Part shown: positions 17,716 through 32,355 of the stretch, piece after piece | Position numbering within the stretch: position 1 is the stretch's first letter | How the letters are laid out: each line of letters begins with the position of its first letter | Assembly (NCBI RefSeq): GCF_009914755.1 | Contig: NC_060947.1 | Length of the DNA stretch: 64,000 nucleotides | Reading direction: 5' to 3' (one strand) | Source of the DNA: the human T2T-CHM13v2.0 reference genome, Homo sapiens | The notes under the pieces: model-generated | Databases searched by the model: none | What the model was told of the DNA's origin: nothing | Seen by the model: the letters and a program-made list of their open reading frames with translations, nothing else | Made by a program: the position numbers and the translations under genes

Positions 17716-20600
17716 CCCACTCTTTTTGTAGAATCTGCAAGTGGATATTTGAAGCACTTTGAGGCCTGTTGTGGAAAGGAAATATCTTCACATAAAAATT
17801 ACACAGAAGCATTCTGAGAAACTTCTTTGTGATGTGTGCATTCATCTCACAAAGCTGAAGCTCGCTTTTGTTTGAGCAGTTTTGAAACACTCTTCGAAAA
17901 ACCTGCAAGTGGATATTTGAAGCGCTTTGAGGCTTATTGTGGAAAAGGAAATATCTTCACATAAAAACTGCAAAGAAGCATTCTGAGAAACTTATTTGTG
18001 ATGTGTGCATTCTTCTCACATAGTTGAAACTTTCTTTTGTTTGAGCAGTTTTGAAGCACTCTTCTTGTAGAATCTGCAATTGGATATTTAGAGCGCTTTG
18101 GGTCCTATGGTTGAAACGGAAATATCTTCACAAAAAAACTACACAGAAGCATTCTGACAAACACCTTTGCGATGTGTACATTCATCTCACAGAGTTGAAA
18201 CTTTCTTTTGATTGAGCAGTTTTGAAACACTTTTTTGTAGAATCTGCAAGTGGATATTTAGACGAATTGGGGCTTATTGTGGAAAAAGAAATATCTTCAC
18301 ATAAAAACTACACAGAAGCATTCTGAGAAATTGCTTGTGATGTTTGCATTCATCTCACAGTGTAGAACGTTTCTTTGGATTAGCAGATTTGAAACCCTCT
18401 TTTTGTACAGTTTGCAACTGGACATTTGTAGTGCTTTGAGGCCTATTGTGGAAAAGGAAATATCTTCACATAAAAACTACACAGAAGCATTCTGAGAAAC
18501 TTCTTTGTGATGTGTGCATTCATCTCACAGAGTTGTACATTTCTTTTGATTTAGCAGTTTGGAAACACTCCTTTTGTAGAATCTGGAAGTGGATATTTGA
18601 AGTGCTTTGAGGCCTATTGTGGAAAAGAGTATATCTTCACATAAAAACTACACAAAAGCATTCTCAGAAACTTCTTTGTGATGTGTGCATCCATCTCATA
18701 GAGTTGAACCTATCTTTTGATTGAGCAGTTTTTAAACTCTCTTTTTGTAGAATCTGCAAGTGGATATTTGGAGACCATTATGGCCTAAGGTGGAAAAGGA
18801 AATATCTTCACATAAAATCTACACAGAAGCATTCTGAGAAATTTCTTTGTGATGTGTGCATTCAACTCACAGAGTTGAATCTACCTTTTGATTGAGCAGT
18901 TTTGAATCTCTCTTTTTGGTGAATCTGGAATTGGATATTTGGAGACCTTTGTGACCAATTTTGGAAAAAGAAATATCTTCACATAAAAAACACACAGAAG
19001 CATTCTGAGAAATTTCTTTGTGATGTGTGCATTCATCTCACAGAACTGAAACTTTCTTTAGATTGAGCAGTTTTGAAACACTATTTTTATAGAGTCTACA
19101 AGTGGATATTTGGAGCACTTTGGGGCCTATGATGGAAAAGGAAATATCTTCACATAAAAACTACGCAGAAGCATTCTGAGGAACTTCTTTGTGATATGTG
19201 TATTCAACTCATAGAATTGAAACTATCTTTTGATTGAGCAGTTTTGAATCCCTCGTTTTGTAGTATCTGCAAGGGGATATTTGGAGTCATTTGCGGCCTA
19301 TTTTGGGAAAGGATGTATCTTCTCATAAAAACTACCCAGAAACATTCTGAGAAACTTCTTTGTGATGTGTGCATTCAACTCACAGAGTTGAATCTATCTT
19401 TTGATTCAGCACTTTTGAATCTCTCTTTTCGTCCAATCTGGAATTGGATATTTGGAGACCTTTGCGATCAATTTTGGAAAAAGAAATATCTTCACATAAA
19501 AACTACACAGAAGCATTCTGAGAAATTTCTTTGTGATGTGTGCATTCATCTCACAGAATTGAAACATTCTGCAGACTGAGCAGTTTTGAAACACTCTTTT
19601 TATAGGGTCTGCAAGTGGATATTTGGAGTGATTTGAGGGCAATTGTGGAAAAGGAAATATCTTCACATAAAAACTACACAGAAGCATTCTGATAAACTTT
19701 TCTGCGATGTGTGCATTCACCTCACAGATTTGAAACTTTGTTTTGATAGAGCAGTTTTGAAACACTCTTTTTGTAGAATCTGCAAGTGGATATTTGGAGC
19801 GCTTTAGGGCCTATGATGAGAAAGGAAATATCTTCACATAAAAACTACACAGAAGCATTCTGAGAAACATCTTTGTGTTGTATGTATTCAACTCATAGAA
19901 CTGAACCTACCTTTTGATTGAGCAGTTTTGAATCTCTCGTTTGTAGAATCTGCAAGTGGATATTTGGAGCCCTTTGTGGCCTATTTTGGAACAGGAAATA
20001 TCTTCCATAAAAACTACACAGAAGCATTCTGAGAAACTTCTTTGTGATGTGTGCATTCATCTCACATAGTTGAACCTTTCTTTTGTTTGAGCAGTTTTGA
20101 AACACTCTTTTTATATAATCTGCAAGAGTCTGTTTGGAGCGCTTTCTGGCCTACTGTGGAAAAGGAAATATCTTCACATAAAAACTACACAGAAGTATTC
20201 TGAGAAACTTCTTTGTGATGTGTGTATTCAACTCAAAGAGTTGAAACTTTCTTTTGATTGAGCAGATTTGAAACACGGTTTTTGTAGCATTGGTAGGTGG
20301 ATATTTGGAGCGCTTTGGGGCCTATTGTGGAAAAGGAAATATCTTCACATAAAAACTACACAGAAGCATTCCGAGAAACCTCTTTGCGATGTGTGCATTC
20401 ATCTCACAGAGTTGAAGCTTCCTTTTGATTGAGCAATTTTTAAACACTTTTTTATGGAATTTGCAAGTGGATATTTGGAGGGCTCTGAAGACTATTGTGG
20501 AAAAGATAATATCTTCACATAAAAACAACACAGCCGCTCCCTGAGAAACCTTTTTTGATATGTCCATTCAACTCACAGAGTTGAACCTATCTTTGATAGA
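17716..20600 (+). repeat. Monomeric A-type alpha satellite (same layer as 5.4-10.4 kb)
   Basis: 171-bp monomers carrying AAAACTACACAGAAGCATTCTGAG, GATTGAGCAG and GTGGAAAAGG; no B-type monomers seen. Confidence 0.93.
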
Positions 20601-23600
20601 GCAGTTTTGAAACACTCTTTTTGTAGAATCTGCAAGTGGACATTTGTAACACTTTGAGGCCGATGATGAAAAAGGAAATATCTTCACATAAAAATTAGAC
20701 AGAAGCATTCTCAGAAATCACATTGTGATGTGTGGATTCAACTCACAGAGTTGAACATTTGTTTTGATAGAGCAGTTTTGAAACACTCTTTTTGTAAAAT
20801 CTGCAATTGGGCCTTTGGAGCGCTTTGAGGCCTATGGTGAAAAAGCAATTATCTTCATACAAAAATAACACAAAAGCATTCTCAGGAACTTCTTTGTTAT
20901 GTATGCATTCAACTCAGAGAGTTGAACCTTTCTTTTGATAGAGCAGTTTTGAAACACTCTTTTTAGTGGAATCTGAAAGTGGACTTTTGGAGCACTTTGA
21001 GTCCTATGGTGAAAAAGAAAATATCTTCACATAAAAACTACACAGAAGCATTCTCAGAAACGTCTTTGTGATGTTTTCTTTCAACTAACAGAGTTGAACA
21101 TTCCTTTTCATAGAGCAGATTTGAAACACTCTTTTTGTACAATTTGCAAGTGGATATTTGGACCGCCTTGAGGCCTTCATAGGAAAAGGTATATCTTCAC
21201 ATAGAAACTAGAGAGAAGCATTCTCAGAAACTTCTTTGTGATGTGTGCATTCAACTCTAAGAGTTGAAAGTTTCTTTTGTTGAAACAGTTTGAAACACTC
21301 TTTTTTTAGAATCTACAAGGTGACATTTACAGCGCTTTGAGGCCTATGGTGAAAAAGGAAGTATCTTCACATTAAAACTAGAGAGAAGCATTATCAGAAA
21401 TTTCTTTGTGATGTGTGCATTCAACTCACAGAGTTGAACATTTCTTTTTATAGAGCAGTTTTGAAACAGTCTTTTTGTAGAATCTGAAAGTGGACATTTG
21501 GAGTGCGTTGAGGCCTATGTTGAAAAAGGAAATATCTTCACATAAAAACTACAAAGAAGCATTCTCTGAAACTTCTTTGTGATGTGTGCATTCAACTCAC
21601 AGGGTTGAACATTCCTTTTCATACAGCTGGTTTTAAACACTGTTTTTGTAGAATTTGCAAGTCGATATTTGGACCACATCGAGGCCTTCATTGGAAATGG
21701 TATATCTTCACATAAAAAATATACAGAAGCATTCTCAGCAACTTCTTAGTGATGTGTGCATTCAGCTCTCAGAGATGAACCTTTCCTTTAATAGAGCAGT
21801 TTTAAAAAACACTTTTTGTAGAATCTGCAAGTGGACACTTGGAGTGCTTTGATGCCTACAGTGAAAAAGGCTATGTCTTCACATAAAAACTACAAAGCAG
21901 CATTCTTAGAAACGTCTTTGTGATGTTTCCTTTCAACACACAGAGTTTAACATTCCTTTTCATAGAGCAGTTTTGAAACACTCTTTTTTTAGAATTCGCA
22001 AGAGGATATTTGGACCTCTTTGAGGCCTTCGTTGGAAATGGAATATCTTCACGTAAAAACTAGGCAGAAGCACTCACAGAAACTACTTTGTGATGTGTGC
22101 ATTCAACTCAGAGAGTTGAACCTTTCTTTTGAGGAGCAGTTTTGAAACACTCTTTTTGTAGAATCTGAAAGTGGATATTTGGAGTGCTTTGAGGCCTATG
22201 GTGAAAAAGGAAATATCTTCAAATAAAAACTACACAGAAGCATTCTCAGAAACTTCATTGTGATGTTGGCTTTCAACTCACGGAGTTCAACATTCCTTTT
22301 CATGGAACAGTTTTGAAACACTGTATTCGTAGAATCTACAAGTGGACATTTGGGGCTCTTTGAGGCCTATGTTGACAAAGGAACTATCTTGTCATGAAAA
22401 CTACACAGAATCATTCTCAGAAACTTCTTTGTGATGTGTGCATTCAACTCACAGAGTTGAACGGTACTTTTGATAGAGCTGTTTTGAAACACACTTTTTG
22501 TAGAATCTGCAAGTGGGCATTTGGAACACTTTGAGGCCTATGGTGGAAAAGGAAATATCATTAAATAAAAACTACACAAAAGCATTCTCAGAAACTTCTT
22601 TGTTATGTGTGCATTCAACTCACAGAGTTGAACCTCTCTTTTGATAGAGCAGTTTTGAAACCCTCTTTTTGTACAACATGCAAGTGGACAGTTGGAGCGC
22701 TTAGAGACTTATGGTGAAAAAGGAAATATCTTCACATAAAAACTACACTGAAGCATTCTCAGAAACTTCTTTTTGTTGTTTGCTTTCAAATCACAGAGTT
22801 GAATATTCCTTTTCATAGAGCAGTTTTGAAATAATCTTTTTGTAATTTTGCAAGTGGATATTTGGAACGCTTTGAGGCCTTCGTTGGAAAAGGGATATCT
22901 TCACAAAAAATAGAAGCATTCTCAGAAACTTCCTTGTGATGTGTGCATTCAACTCACAGAGTTGAACCTTTCTTTTGATAAAGCAGTTTTTAAACACTCT
23001 TTTTGTAGATCCTGCAGGTGGACATTTGGGGCCAATAGCGAAAAAGGATATATCTTCACATAAAAACTAGACAGAAGCATTCTCAGAAACTTCTTTGTGA
23101 TGCGTGCACTCAACTCACAGAGTTGAAAATGTCTTTTGATAGAGCAGTTTTGAAGCACTCTTTTTGTAGATCTGCAAGTGGATATTTGGACGGATTTGAA
23201 GCCTTCGTTAGGAAAGGGATAATTTCACAGAAACTAGACAGAAGCATTCTCAGAAACTTCTTTGTGATGTCTGCATTCAACTCACAGGGATGAATATTTC
23301 TTTTGATAGAACAGTTTTGAAACACTCCTTTTGTGGAACATGCCACTGGACATTAGGAGCACTTTGAGGCCTATGCTAAAAAAGGAAATATCTTAACATA
23401 AAAATTACACAGAAGCAGTCTCAGAAACTTCTTTATGATGTCTGCATTCAACTCACAGAGTTGAACCTCTCTTTTGATAGAGCGGTTTTGAAACCCTCTT
23501 TTTGTAGAATCTGTAAATGGATATTTGGAGCGCTTTGAGGCCTAGGGTGAAAAAGGAAATATCTTCATATAAAAACAACACAAAAGCATTCTCAAGAACT

Positions 23601-26600
23601 TCTTTGTTTTGTATGCATTCAACTCACAGAGTTGAACCTTTCTTTTGATAGAGCAGTTTTGAAACACTCTTTTTTGTGGAATCTGAAAGTGGACTTTTGG
23701 AGCACTTTGAGGCCTATGGTGAAAAAGGAAATATCTTCACATAAAAACTACACAGAAGCATTCTCAGAAACGTCTTTTTGATGTTTGTTTTCAACTAACA
23801 GAGTTGAACATTCCTTTACATAGAGCATATTTGAAACATTCTTTTTGTAGAATTTGCAAGGAGATATTTGGACCGCCTTGAGGCCTTCGTAGGAAACGGT
23901 ATATCTTCACATAAAAACTAGACAGAAGCATTCTCAGAAACTTCTTTGTGATGTGTGCATTCAGCTCTAAGAGTTGAACGTTTCTTTTGTTGAAACAGTT
24001 TTGAAACATTCTTTTTGTAGAATCTGCAAGGTGACATTTACAGCACTTTGAGGCCTATGGTGAAAAAGGAAATATCTTCACATAAAAACTAGAGAGAAGC
24101 ATTATCAGAAACTTCTTTGTGATGTGTGCATTCAACTCACAGAGATGAACATTTCTTTTGATAGAGCAGTTTTGAAACACACTTTTTGTAGAATCTGCAA
24201 GTTGACATTTGGAGTGCTTTGAGGCCTATGGTAAAAAAGGAAATATCTTCAAATAAAAACTACACAGAAGCATTCTCAGGAACTTCATTGTGATGTTTGC
24301 TTTCAACTCATAGAGTTCAGCATTCTTTTTCATGGAGCAGTTTGAAACACTGTATTCGTAGAGTCTACAAGTGGACATTTGGAGCTCTTTGAGGTATATG
24401 GTGAAAAAGGAACTATCTTGTCTTAAAAACTACACAGAATCATTCTCAGAAACTTCTTTGTGATGTGTGCATTCAACTCACCGAGTTCAACGGTTCTTTT
24501 GATAGAGCTGTTTTGAAACACACTTTTTGTAGAATCTGCAATTGGGCATTTGGAGCACTTTGAGGCCTACGGTGAAAAAGGAAATATCTTCATATATAAA
24601 AAACACAGAAACATTCTCTGGAACTTCTTTGTGATGTGTGCACTCAACTCACAGAGTTGAACCTCTCTTTTGATAGAGCAGTTTTGAAACCCTCTTTTTG
24701 TACAATCTGCATCTGGAAGTTTGGAGCGCTTTGAGGCCTACGGTGGAAAAGGAAATATCTTCACATGAAAACTACACAAAAGCATTCTCAGAAACTTCTT
24801 TGTTATGTGTGCATTCAACTCACAGAGTTGAACCTCTCTTTTGATAGAGCACCTTGGAAACCCTCTTTTTGTCCAATCTGCAACTGGACATTTGGAGCGC
24901 TTTGAGGCTTATGGTGAAAAAGGAAATATCTTCACATAAAAACGACACAGAAGCATTCTCAGAAACTTCTTTTTGTTGTTTGCTTTCCACTCACAGAGTT
25001 GAACATTCCTTTTCATAGAGCAGTTTTGAAATAATCTTTTTGTAATTTTGCAAGTGGATATTTGGACCGCTTTGAGGCCTTCATTGGAAAAGGGATATCT
25101 TCACAAAAAATAGACAGAAGCGTTCTCAGAAACTTCCTTGTGATGTGTGCATTCAACTCACAGAGTTGAACCTTTCTTTTGATAAAGCAGTTTTTAAACA
25201 CTCTTTTTGTGGATCCTGCAAGTGGACATTTGGAGCGCTTTGGGGCCTATTGGGAAAAAGGATATATCTTCACATAAAAACTAGACAGAAGCATTCTCAG
25301 AAACTTCTTTGTGATATGTGCACTCAACTCACTGAGCTGAAACTGTCTTTTGATAGAGCAGTTTTGAAACACTCTTTTTGTAGAATCTGCAAGTGGATAT
25401 TTGGATGGATTTGAGGCCTTCATTAGAAACAGGATAACTTCACAGAAACTAGACAGAAGCATTCTCAGAAACTTCTTTGTGATGTCTGCATTCAACTCAC
25501 AGGGATGAATATGTCTTTTGATAGAACAGTTTTGAAACACTCCTTTTGTGGAACATGCCACTGGACATTAGGAGCAGTTTGAGGCCTATGCTGAAAAGGA
25601 AATGTCTTCACATAAAAACTGCACAGAAGCAGTCTCAGAAACTTCTTTATGATGTCTGCATTCAACTCACAGGGTTGAACCTCTCTTTTGATAGAGCAGT
25701 TTTGAAACCCTCTTTTTGTAGAATCTGTAAATGGATATTTGGAGTGTTTTGAGGCCTATGGTGAAAAAGGAAATATCTTCACATAAAAACTAGACAGAAG
25801 CATTCTCAGAAACTTCTTTGTGATGTCTGCATTCAACTCACGGGAATGAATATTTCTTTTGATAGAGCAGTTTTGAAACACTCTTTTTGTTGAATCTCCA
25901 AGTGCACATTTGGAGAGCTTTGAGGTCTGTGGTGAAAAAGGAAATATCTTCACAACGAAACTACACAGAAGCATTCTCAGAAACTTCACTGCAATGTTTG
26001 CTTTCAAATCACAGAGTTGAACATTCCTTTTCATAGAGCAGTTTTGAAACACTCTTTTTGTAGAATTTGTAATTGGATATTTTGACCGCTCTGAGGCCTT
26101 CGTTGGAAATGGGATGTCTTCACAAAAACTCTACAGAAGCATTCTCAGAAACTTCTCTCTGATGTGTGCATTCAACTCACAGAGTTGAACATTTCTTTTG
26201 ATGGAGCAGTTTTGAAACACTCTTTTTGTAGAATCTGCAAGTGGACATTTGTAGCACTTTGAGGCCTATGGTGAAAAAGGAAATACCTTCACATAAAAAC
26301 TAGACAGGAGCTTTCTCAGAAACCTCTTTGTGATGAGTGCCTTCAACTCACAGAGTGGAACCTTTCTTTTAATAGTGCAGTTTTGTAACACACTTTTTGT
26401 AGAATCTGCTAGTGGAAATTTGGACTCCTTTGAGGCCAGTGGTGAAAAAGGAAATATCTTCACCTAAAAACTACGCAGAAACAGTCTCAGAAACTTCTTT
26501 GTGATGTGTGCAATCAACTCACAGATTTGAATCATTCTTTTGATAGAGGTGTTTTGAAGCACTCTTTTTGTAGAATCTGCAAGTGAGCATTTGGAGCACT

Positions 26601-29600
26601 TTGAGGACTACGGTGAAAAGAAATATCTTCATATATAAACAACACAGAAGCATTCTCAGGAACTTCTTTGTGAAGTGTGCATTCAACTCACAGAGTTGAA
26701 GCTCTCTTTTGAAAGAGCAGTTTTGAAAGCCTCTTTTTGTAGAATCTGCAACTGGATATTTGAAGCGCTTTGAGGCCTACCGTGCAAGAGGAAATATCTT
26801 CACATAAAAACTACACAAAAGCATTCTCATAAACTTCTTTGTGATGTGTGCATTCAACTCACAGAGGTGAACCTCTCTTTTGATAGAGCAGTTCTGAAAC
26901 TCTCTTTTTGAAGAATCTGCAACTGGACATTTGGAGCACTTTGAGGCCTATGGTGAAAAAGACAATATCTTCACATAAAAACTACACAGAAGCATTCTCT
27001 GAAACTACTTTGTGTTGTTTGCTTTCAACTCAGAGTTGAACATTCCTTTTCATAGAGCAGTTTTGAAACACTTTTTTTGTAGAATTTGCAATTGGATGTT
27101 TTGACCGCTCTGAGGCCTTCATTGGAAAAGGTATATCTTCACATAAACTAGACAGAAGCATTCACAGAAACTTCTTTGTGATGTTTACTTTCAACCCACA
27201 GAGTTGAAGTTTACTTTTCACAGAGCAATTTTGAAATACTCTTTTTGTAGAATTCGCAAGTGGATATTTGGACCACTTTGAGGCCTTCGTTAGAAAAGAG
27301 ATGTCTTCACAAAAACTGGATAGAAACATTCTCAGCAAGTTCTTTGTGATGTGTGCATTGAACTCACAGAGTTGAACCTTTCTTTCGAAAGAGCAGTTAT
27401 GAAAAACACTTTTTGTAGAATCTGTAATTGGACTTCTGTAGCGCTTTGAGGCCTATGATGAAAAAGGAAATATCTCCACATAAAAACTAGACAGCAGCAT
27501 TTTCCGAAACCTCTTTGTGATGTGTGCATTCAACTCACAGAGTTGAATCTTTCTTTTGACAGATCAGTTTAGAAACACTCTTCTTGTAGAATTTGCAAGT
27601 GGATATTTGGACTGTTTTGAGGCCTTCGTTGGAAAAGGGATATCTTCACAGAAGCTATACAGAAGCATTCTCAGAAACTTCTTTTTCATGTCTGCATTCA
27701 ACTCACAGAGTTGAATATTTCTTTTGATTGAGCAGTTTTGAAACACTCTTTTTGTAGAACCTGACACTGGACATTAGGAGCGCTTTGAGGCCTATGGTGA
27801 AAAAGGAAATATCTTCACATCAAAACTACACAGAAGCATTCTCAGAAACTTCTTTGTTATGGGGGCATTCAACTCACAGATTTGAACCTCTCTTTTGATA
27901 GAGCAGTTTTGAAACCCTGTTTTTGGAGGATCTGCAAATGAATATTTGGAGCGCTTTGAGGCCTATGGTGAAAAAGGAAATATCTACACATAAAAACTAC
28001 ACAGAAGCATTCTCAGAAACTTCTTTCTGTTGTTTGCTTTCAACTCACAGAGTTGAACATTCCTTTTCTTAGAGCAGTTTTGTAATACTCTTATTGCAGA
28101 ATTTGCAAGTGGATATTTGGACCACTTTGAGGCCTTCCTTGGAAACGGGATATCGTCACAGAAACTACACAGAAGCATCTCAGAATCCACTTTGTGATGT
28201 GTGGATTCAACTCATAGGGTTGAACATTTCTTTTGATAGAGCAGTTTTGAAAAACTCTTTATGCAGAATCTGCAAGTGGACATTGGGAGCGCTTTGAGGC
28301 CTGCGGTGAAAAAGGAAATATCTTCACAAAGAAACTACACAGAAGCATTCTCAGAAACTCCTTTGTGATGTTTGCTTTCCATTCACAGAGTTGAACATTC
28401 CTTTTAATAGAGCAGTTTTGAAACACTCTTTTTGTAGAATTTGTAAGTGGATCTTTGGACTGCTTTGAGGCCTTCATTGGAAACGGGATATCTTCAAAAC
28501 ACTAGACGGGTAAATTCTCAGGAACTTCTTTGTGATGTGTACATTCAACTCACAGAGTTGAACCTTTCTTTTGATAGAGCAGCTTTGAAACACTCTTTTT
28601 GTAGAATCTGCAAGTGGGCATTTGGAGCGCTTTGAGGCCTATGGTGAAAAAGGAAATATTTTCACATAAAAACACACAAAGCATTCTCAGGAACTACTTT
28701 GTGATGTATGCATTCAACACACAGAGTTGAACCTCTCTTTTGATAGAGCACCTTGGAAACCCTCTTTTTGTAGAATCTGTAAATGGATATTTGGAGAGCT
28801 TTGAGGCTAAAGGTGAAAGAGGAACTATCTTCACATAAAACTACACTGATGCATTCTTAGAAACTTCTTTGTGTTGTTTGCTTTCAACTCACAGCGTTGA
28901 ACATTCCTTTTCATAGTGCCGTTTTGAAACACTCTTTTTGTAGAATTTGCAAGTGGATATTTGGACCGATTTGAAGCCTTCATTGGAAAAGGGATATCTT
29001 CACAAAAACTAAACAGGAGCAATCTCAGAAACTTCTTTGTGATGTGTGCATTCAACCCACAATGTTGAACTTTTCTTTTGATAAAGCAATTTTGAAACAC
29101 TCTTTTTGTAGATTCTGCAAAGTGACATTTGGAGCACTTTGAGGCCCATGGTGAAAAAGGAAAAATCTTCACATAAAAACTACACAGAAGCATTCTCAGA
29201 AACATCTTTTTGATGCGTGCGTTCAACTCACAGAGTTGAACCTCTCTTTTGATAGAGCAGTTTGGAAACCCTCTTTTTGTAGAATCTGAAAGTGGACATT
29301 TGGAGAGCTTTGAGGCCTATGATGAAAAAGCAAGCATCTTCACGAAAAATTACACAGAAACACTCTCAGAAACTACTTTGTGTTGTTTTCTTTCAACTCT
29401 CAGAGTTGAACATTCCTTTTCATAGAGCAGTTTTGAAACACTTTTTGTAGAATTTGCAAGTGGATATTTGGATCACTTTGAGGCCTTCGTTGGAAATGGT
29501 ATATCTTCACAGAAACAAGACAGAAGCATTCTCAGGAATTTTTTTGTGATGTATGCATTCAACTCATATAGTTGAATCTCTCCTTTGATAGAGCAGTTTT

Positions 29601-32355
29601 GAAACCCTCCTTTTGTAGAATCTGCAACTGCACATTTGGAGCGCTTTGAGGGCTAAGGTGTAAAAGGAAATATCTTCACATAAAAACTACACAGTATTCT
29701 CAGAAACTTCTTTGAGTTGTTTGCATTCAACTCACAGAGTTGAACATTCCTTTTCATAGAGCAGTTTTGAAATGCTCTTTTTGTAGAATTTGCAAGTGGA
29801 TGTTTGGACCACTTTGAGGCCTTCGTTGGAAACGGTACATCTTCACAGAAACTAAAGAGAAGCATTCTCCGAAATTCCTTTGTGATGTCTGCATTGAACT
29901 CACAGAGTTGAAACTTTCTTTTCATAGAGCAGTTTTGAAACACTCTTTTGTAGAACCTGCAAGTGGACATTTGGAGCTCTTTGCAGCCTATGGTGAAATA
30001 GGAAATATCTTCACAACGAAGTTACACAGAAGCATTCTCAGAAACTTCTTTGTGATGTTTGCTTTCAACTCACAGATTTGAACATTCCTTTTCATAGAGC
30101 AGATTTGAAACACTCTTTTTGTAGAATTTGCAAGTGGATATTTGGAAGGCTTTGAGGCCTTCGTTGGAAAAGGGACATCTTCACAAAAACTGGACAGAAG
30201 CATTCTCAGAAACTTCTTTCTGATGTGTGCATTCAACTCACAGAGTTGAACCTTTCTTTTGAAAGAGCAGTTTTGAAACACTCTTTTTGTAGAATCTGCA
30301 GGTGGACATTTGTAGCAGTTTGAGGCCTATGGTGAAAAAGGCAATATCTTCACATGAAAACTAGCCAGAAGCATTCTAAGAAACCTCTTTGTGATGTGTG
30401 CCTTCAACTCACAGAGTTGAACCATTTTTTTGATAGAGCAGTTTTGAACCACTGTTTTTGTAGAATCAGCAAGTGGACATTTTGAGCCCTTTTTGTCCTG
30501 TGGTGAAAAAGGAAATATCTTCAAGTTAAAACTACACAGAAGCATCCTCAGAAACTTCTTTGTGGTGTTTGCTTTCAATTCACAGATTTGAACTTTCCTT
30601 CTCATACAGCAGATTTGAAATACTCTTTCTCTAAAATTTGCAAATGGATATCTGGACTGCTTTGAGGCCTTCGTTGAAAAAGGGAAATCTTCACAAAAAC
30701 TAGACAGAAGCATTCTCAGGGACTTCTTTGTGATGTGTGCATTCAACTCACAGAATTGAACTGTTCTTTTAATAGAGCAGTTTTGAAACACTCTTTTCGT
30801 AGAATCTGCAAGTGGACACTTGGAGTGCTTTGAGGCCTACGGTGAAAAAGGAAATATCTCCATATAAAAACAACACAGAAGCACTCTGAGGAACTTCTTT
30901 GTGATGTATGCATTCAACTCATATAATTGAACCGCTATTTTGACAGAGCAGTTTTGAAACCCTCTTTTTGTAGAATCTGAAACTGGATATTTGGAGTGCT
31001 TTGGGGCCAATGCTGAAAAAGGAAATATCGTCACATAAAAACTACACAGAAGCATTCTCAGAAACAACATTGTGATGTGTACATTCAACTCACAGAGATG
31101 AACCCATCTTTTGATAGAGCAGTCTGGAAACCCTCCTTTTGTGGAATCTGCAACTGGACATTTGGAGTGCTTTGAGGCATATGATGAAAAAGGAAATATC
31201 TTCACAAAAAAACTACACAGAAGCACTCTCAGAAACTGCTTTGTGTTGGTTGCTTTCAACTCACAGAGCTGAACATTCCTTTTTATAGAGCAGTTCTGAA
31301 ACACTCTTTTTGTAGAATTTGCAAGGGATATTTGGAACGCTTTGAGGCCTTCGTTGGAAAAGGGATATCTTCACAAAAACTAGACAGAAGCATTCTCAGA
31401 AACTTCGTTGTGATGTGTGTACTCAACTCACAGAGTTGAACTTTTCTTTTGTTACAGCAGTTTTGAAACACTCTTTTTGTAGAATCTGCAAGTGGATATT
31501 TGGATAGCTCTGAGGCTTTCATTGGAAACGGGAATATCTTCACATAAAAACCAGAGAGAAACATTCTCAGAAACTTCTTGTGATGTTTGCACTCAACTCA
31601 CAGAGTTGAACATCCTTTTCATAGAGCAATTTTGAAACACTATTTTTAATTTGAAATTGGACATTTGGACCGCTTTGAGGCCTTCACTGGAAAAGGGATA
31701 TCTTAACAAAACCTAGACAGAAGCATTCTCAGGAACTTCTTTGTGATGTGTGCGCTCAAATCCCAGAGTTGAAGCTTTCTTTTGATAGAGAAGTTTGAAA
31801 CTCTCTTTTTGTACAATCTGCAAGTGGATATTTGTAGCGCTTTGAAGCCTAAGGTGAAAAAGGAAATATCTTCGCATAGAAACTATACAGAAGCATTCTA
31901 AGAAACATCTTTGTGTTGTGTGCACTCAAATTAAAGAGTCGAAGACATCTTTTGATACAGCAGTTTTGAAACACTCTTTCTGTAGAATCTGCAAGTGGAC
32001 ATTGGGAGCACTTTGAGGTCTATGGTGAGAAAGGAAATATCTTCACAACGAAACTACAAAGAAGCATTCTCAGAAACTTTTTCTGATGTTTGCTTTGAAC
32101 TCACTGAGTTGAACATTCCTATTCATAGAACAGTTTTGAAACACACTTTATGTAGAACTTGCAAGAGGATATTTGGACCGCTTTGAGGTCTTCTCTGGAA
32201 AAGGGAAATCTTCAGGAAAACTAGATAGAAGCATTCTCAGAATCTCCTTTCTGATGTATGCATTCAACTCACAGAGATGAACGTTTCTTTTGATAGAGCT
32301 GTTGTGTAATACTCTTTTTGTAGGATCTGCAAGTGGGCATTTGGGGGGTTTTGAG
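20601..32355 (+). repeat. Irregular A/B-type (SF5, R1/R2-like) alpha satellite with degenerate CENP-B boxes
   Basis: The consensus shifts to CATTCTCAG, CATTCAACTC and GATAGAGCAG. B-type monomers with GAGGCCTTCRTTGGAAA(A/C/T)GGGA appear irregularly from ~21175. The boundary is approximate. Confidence 0.8.
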
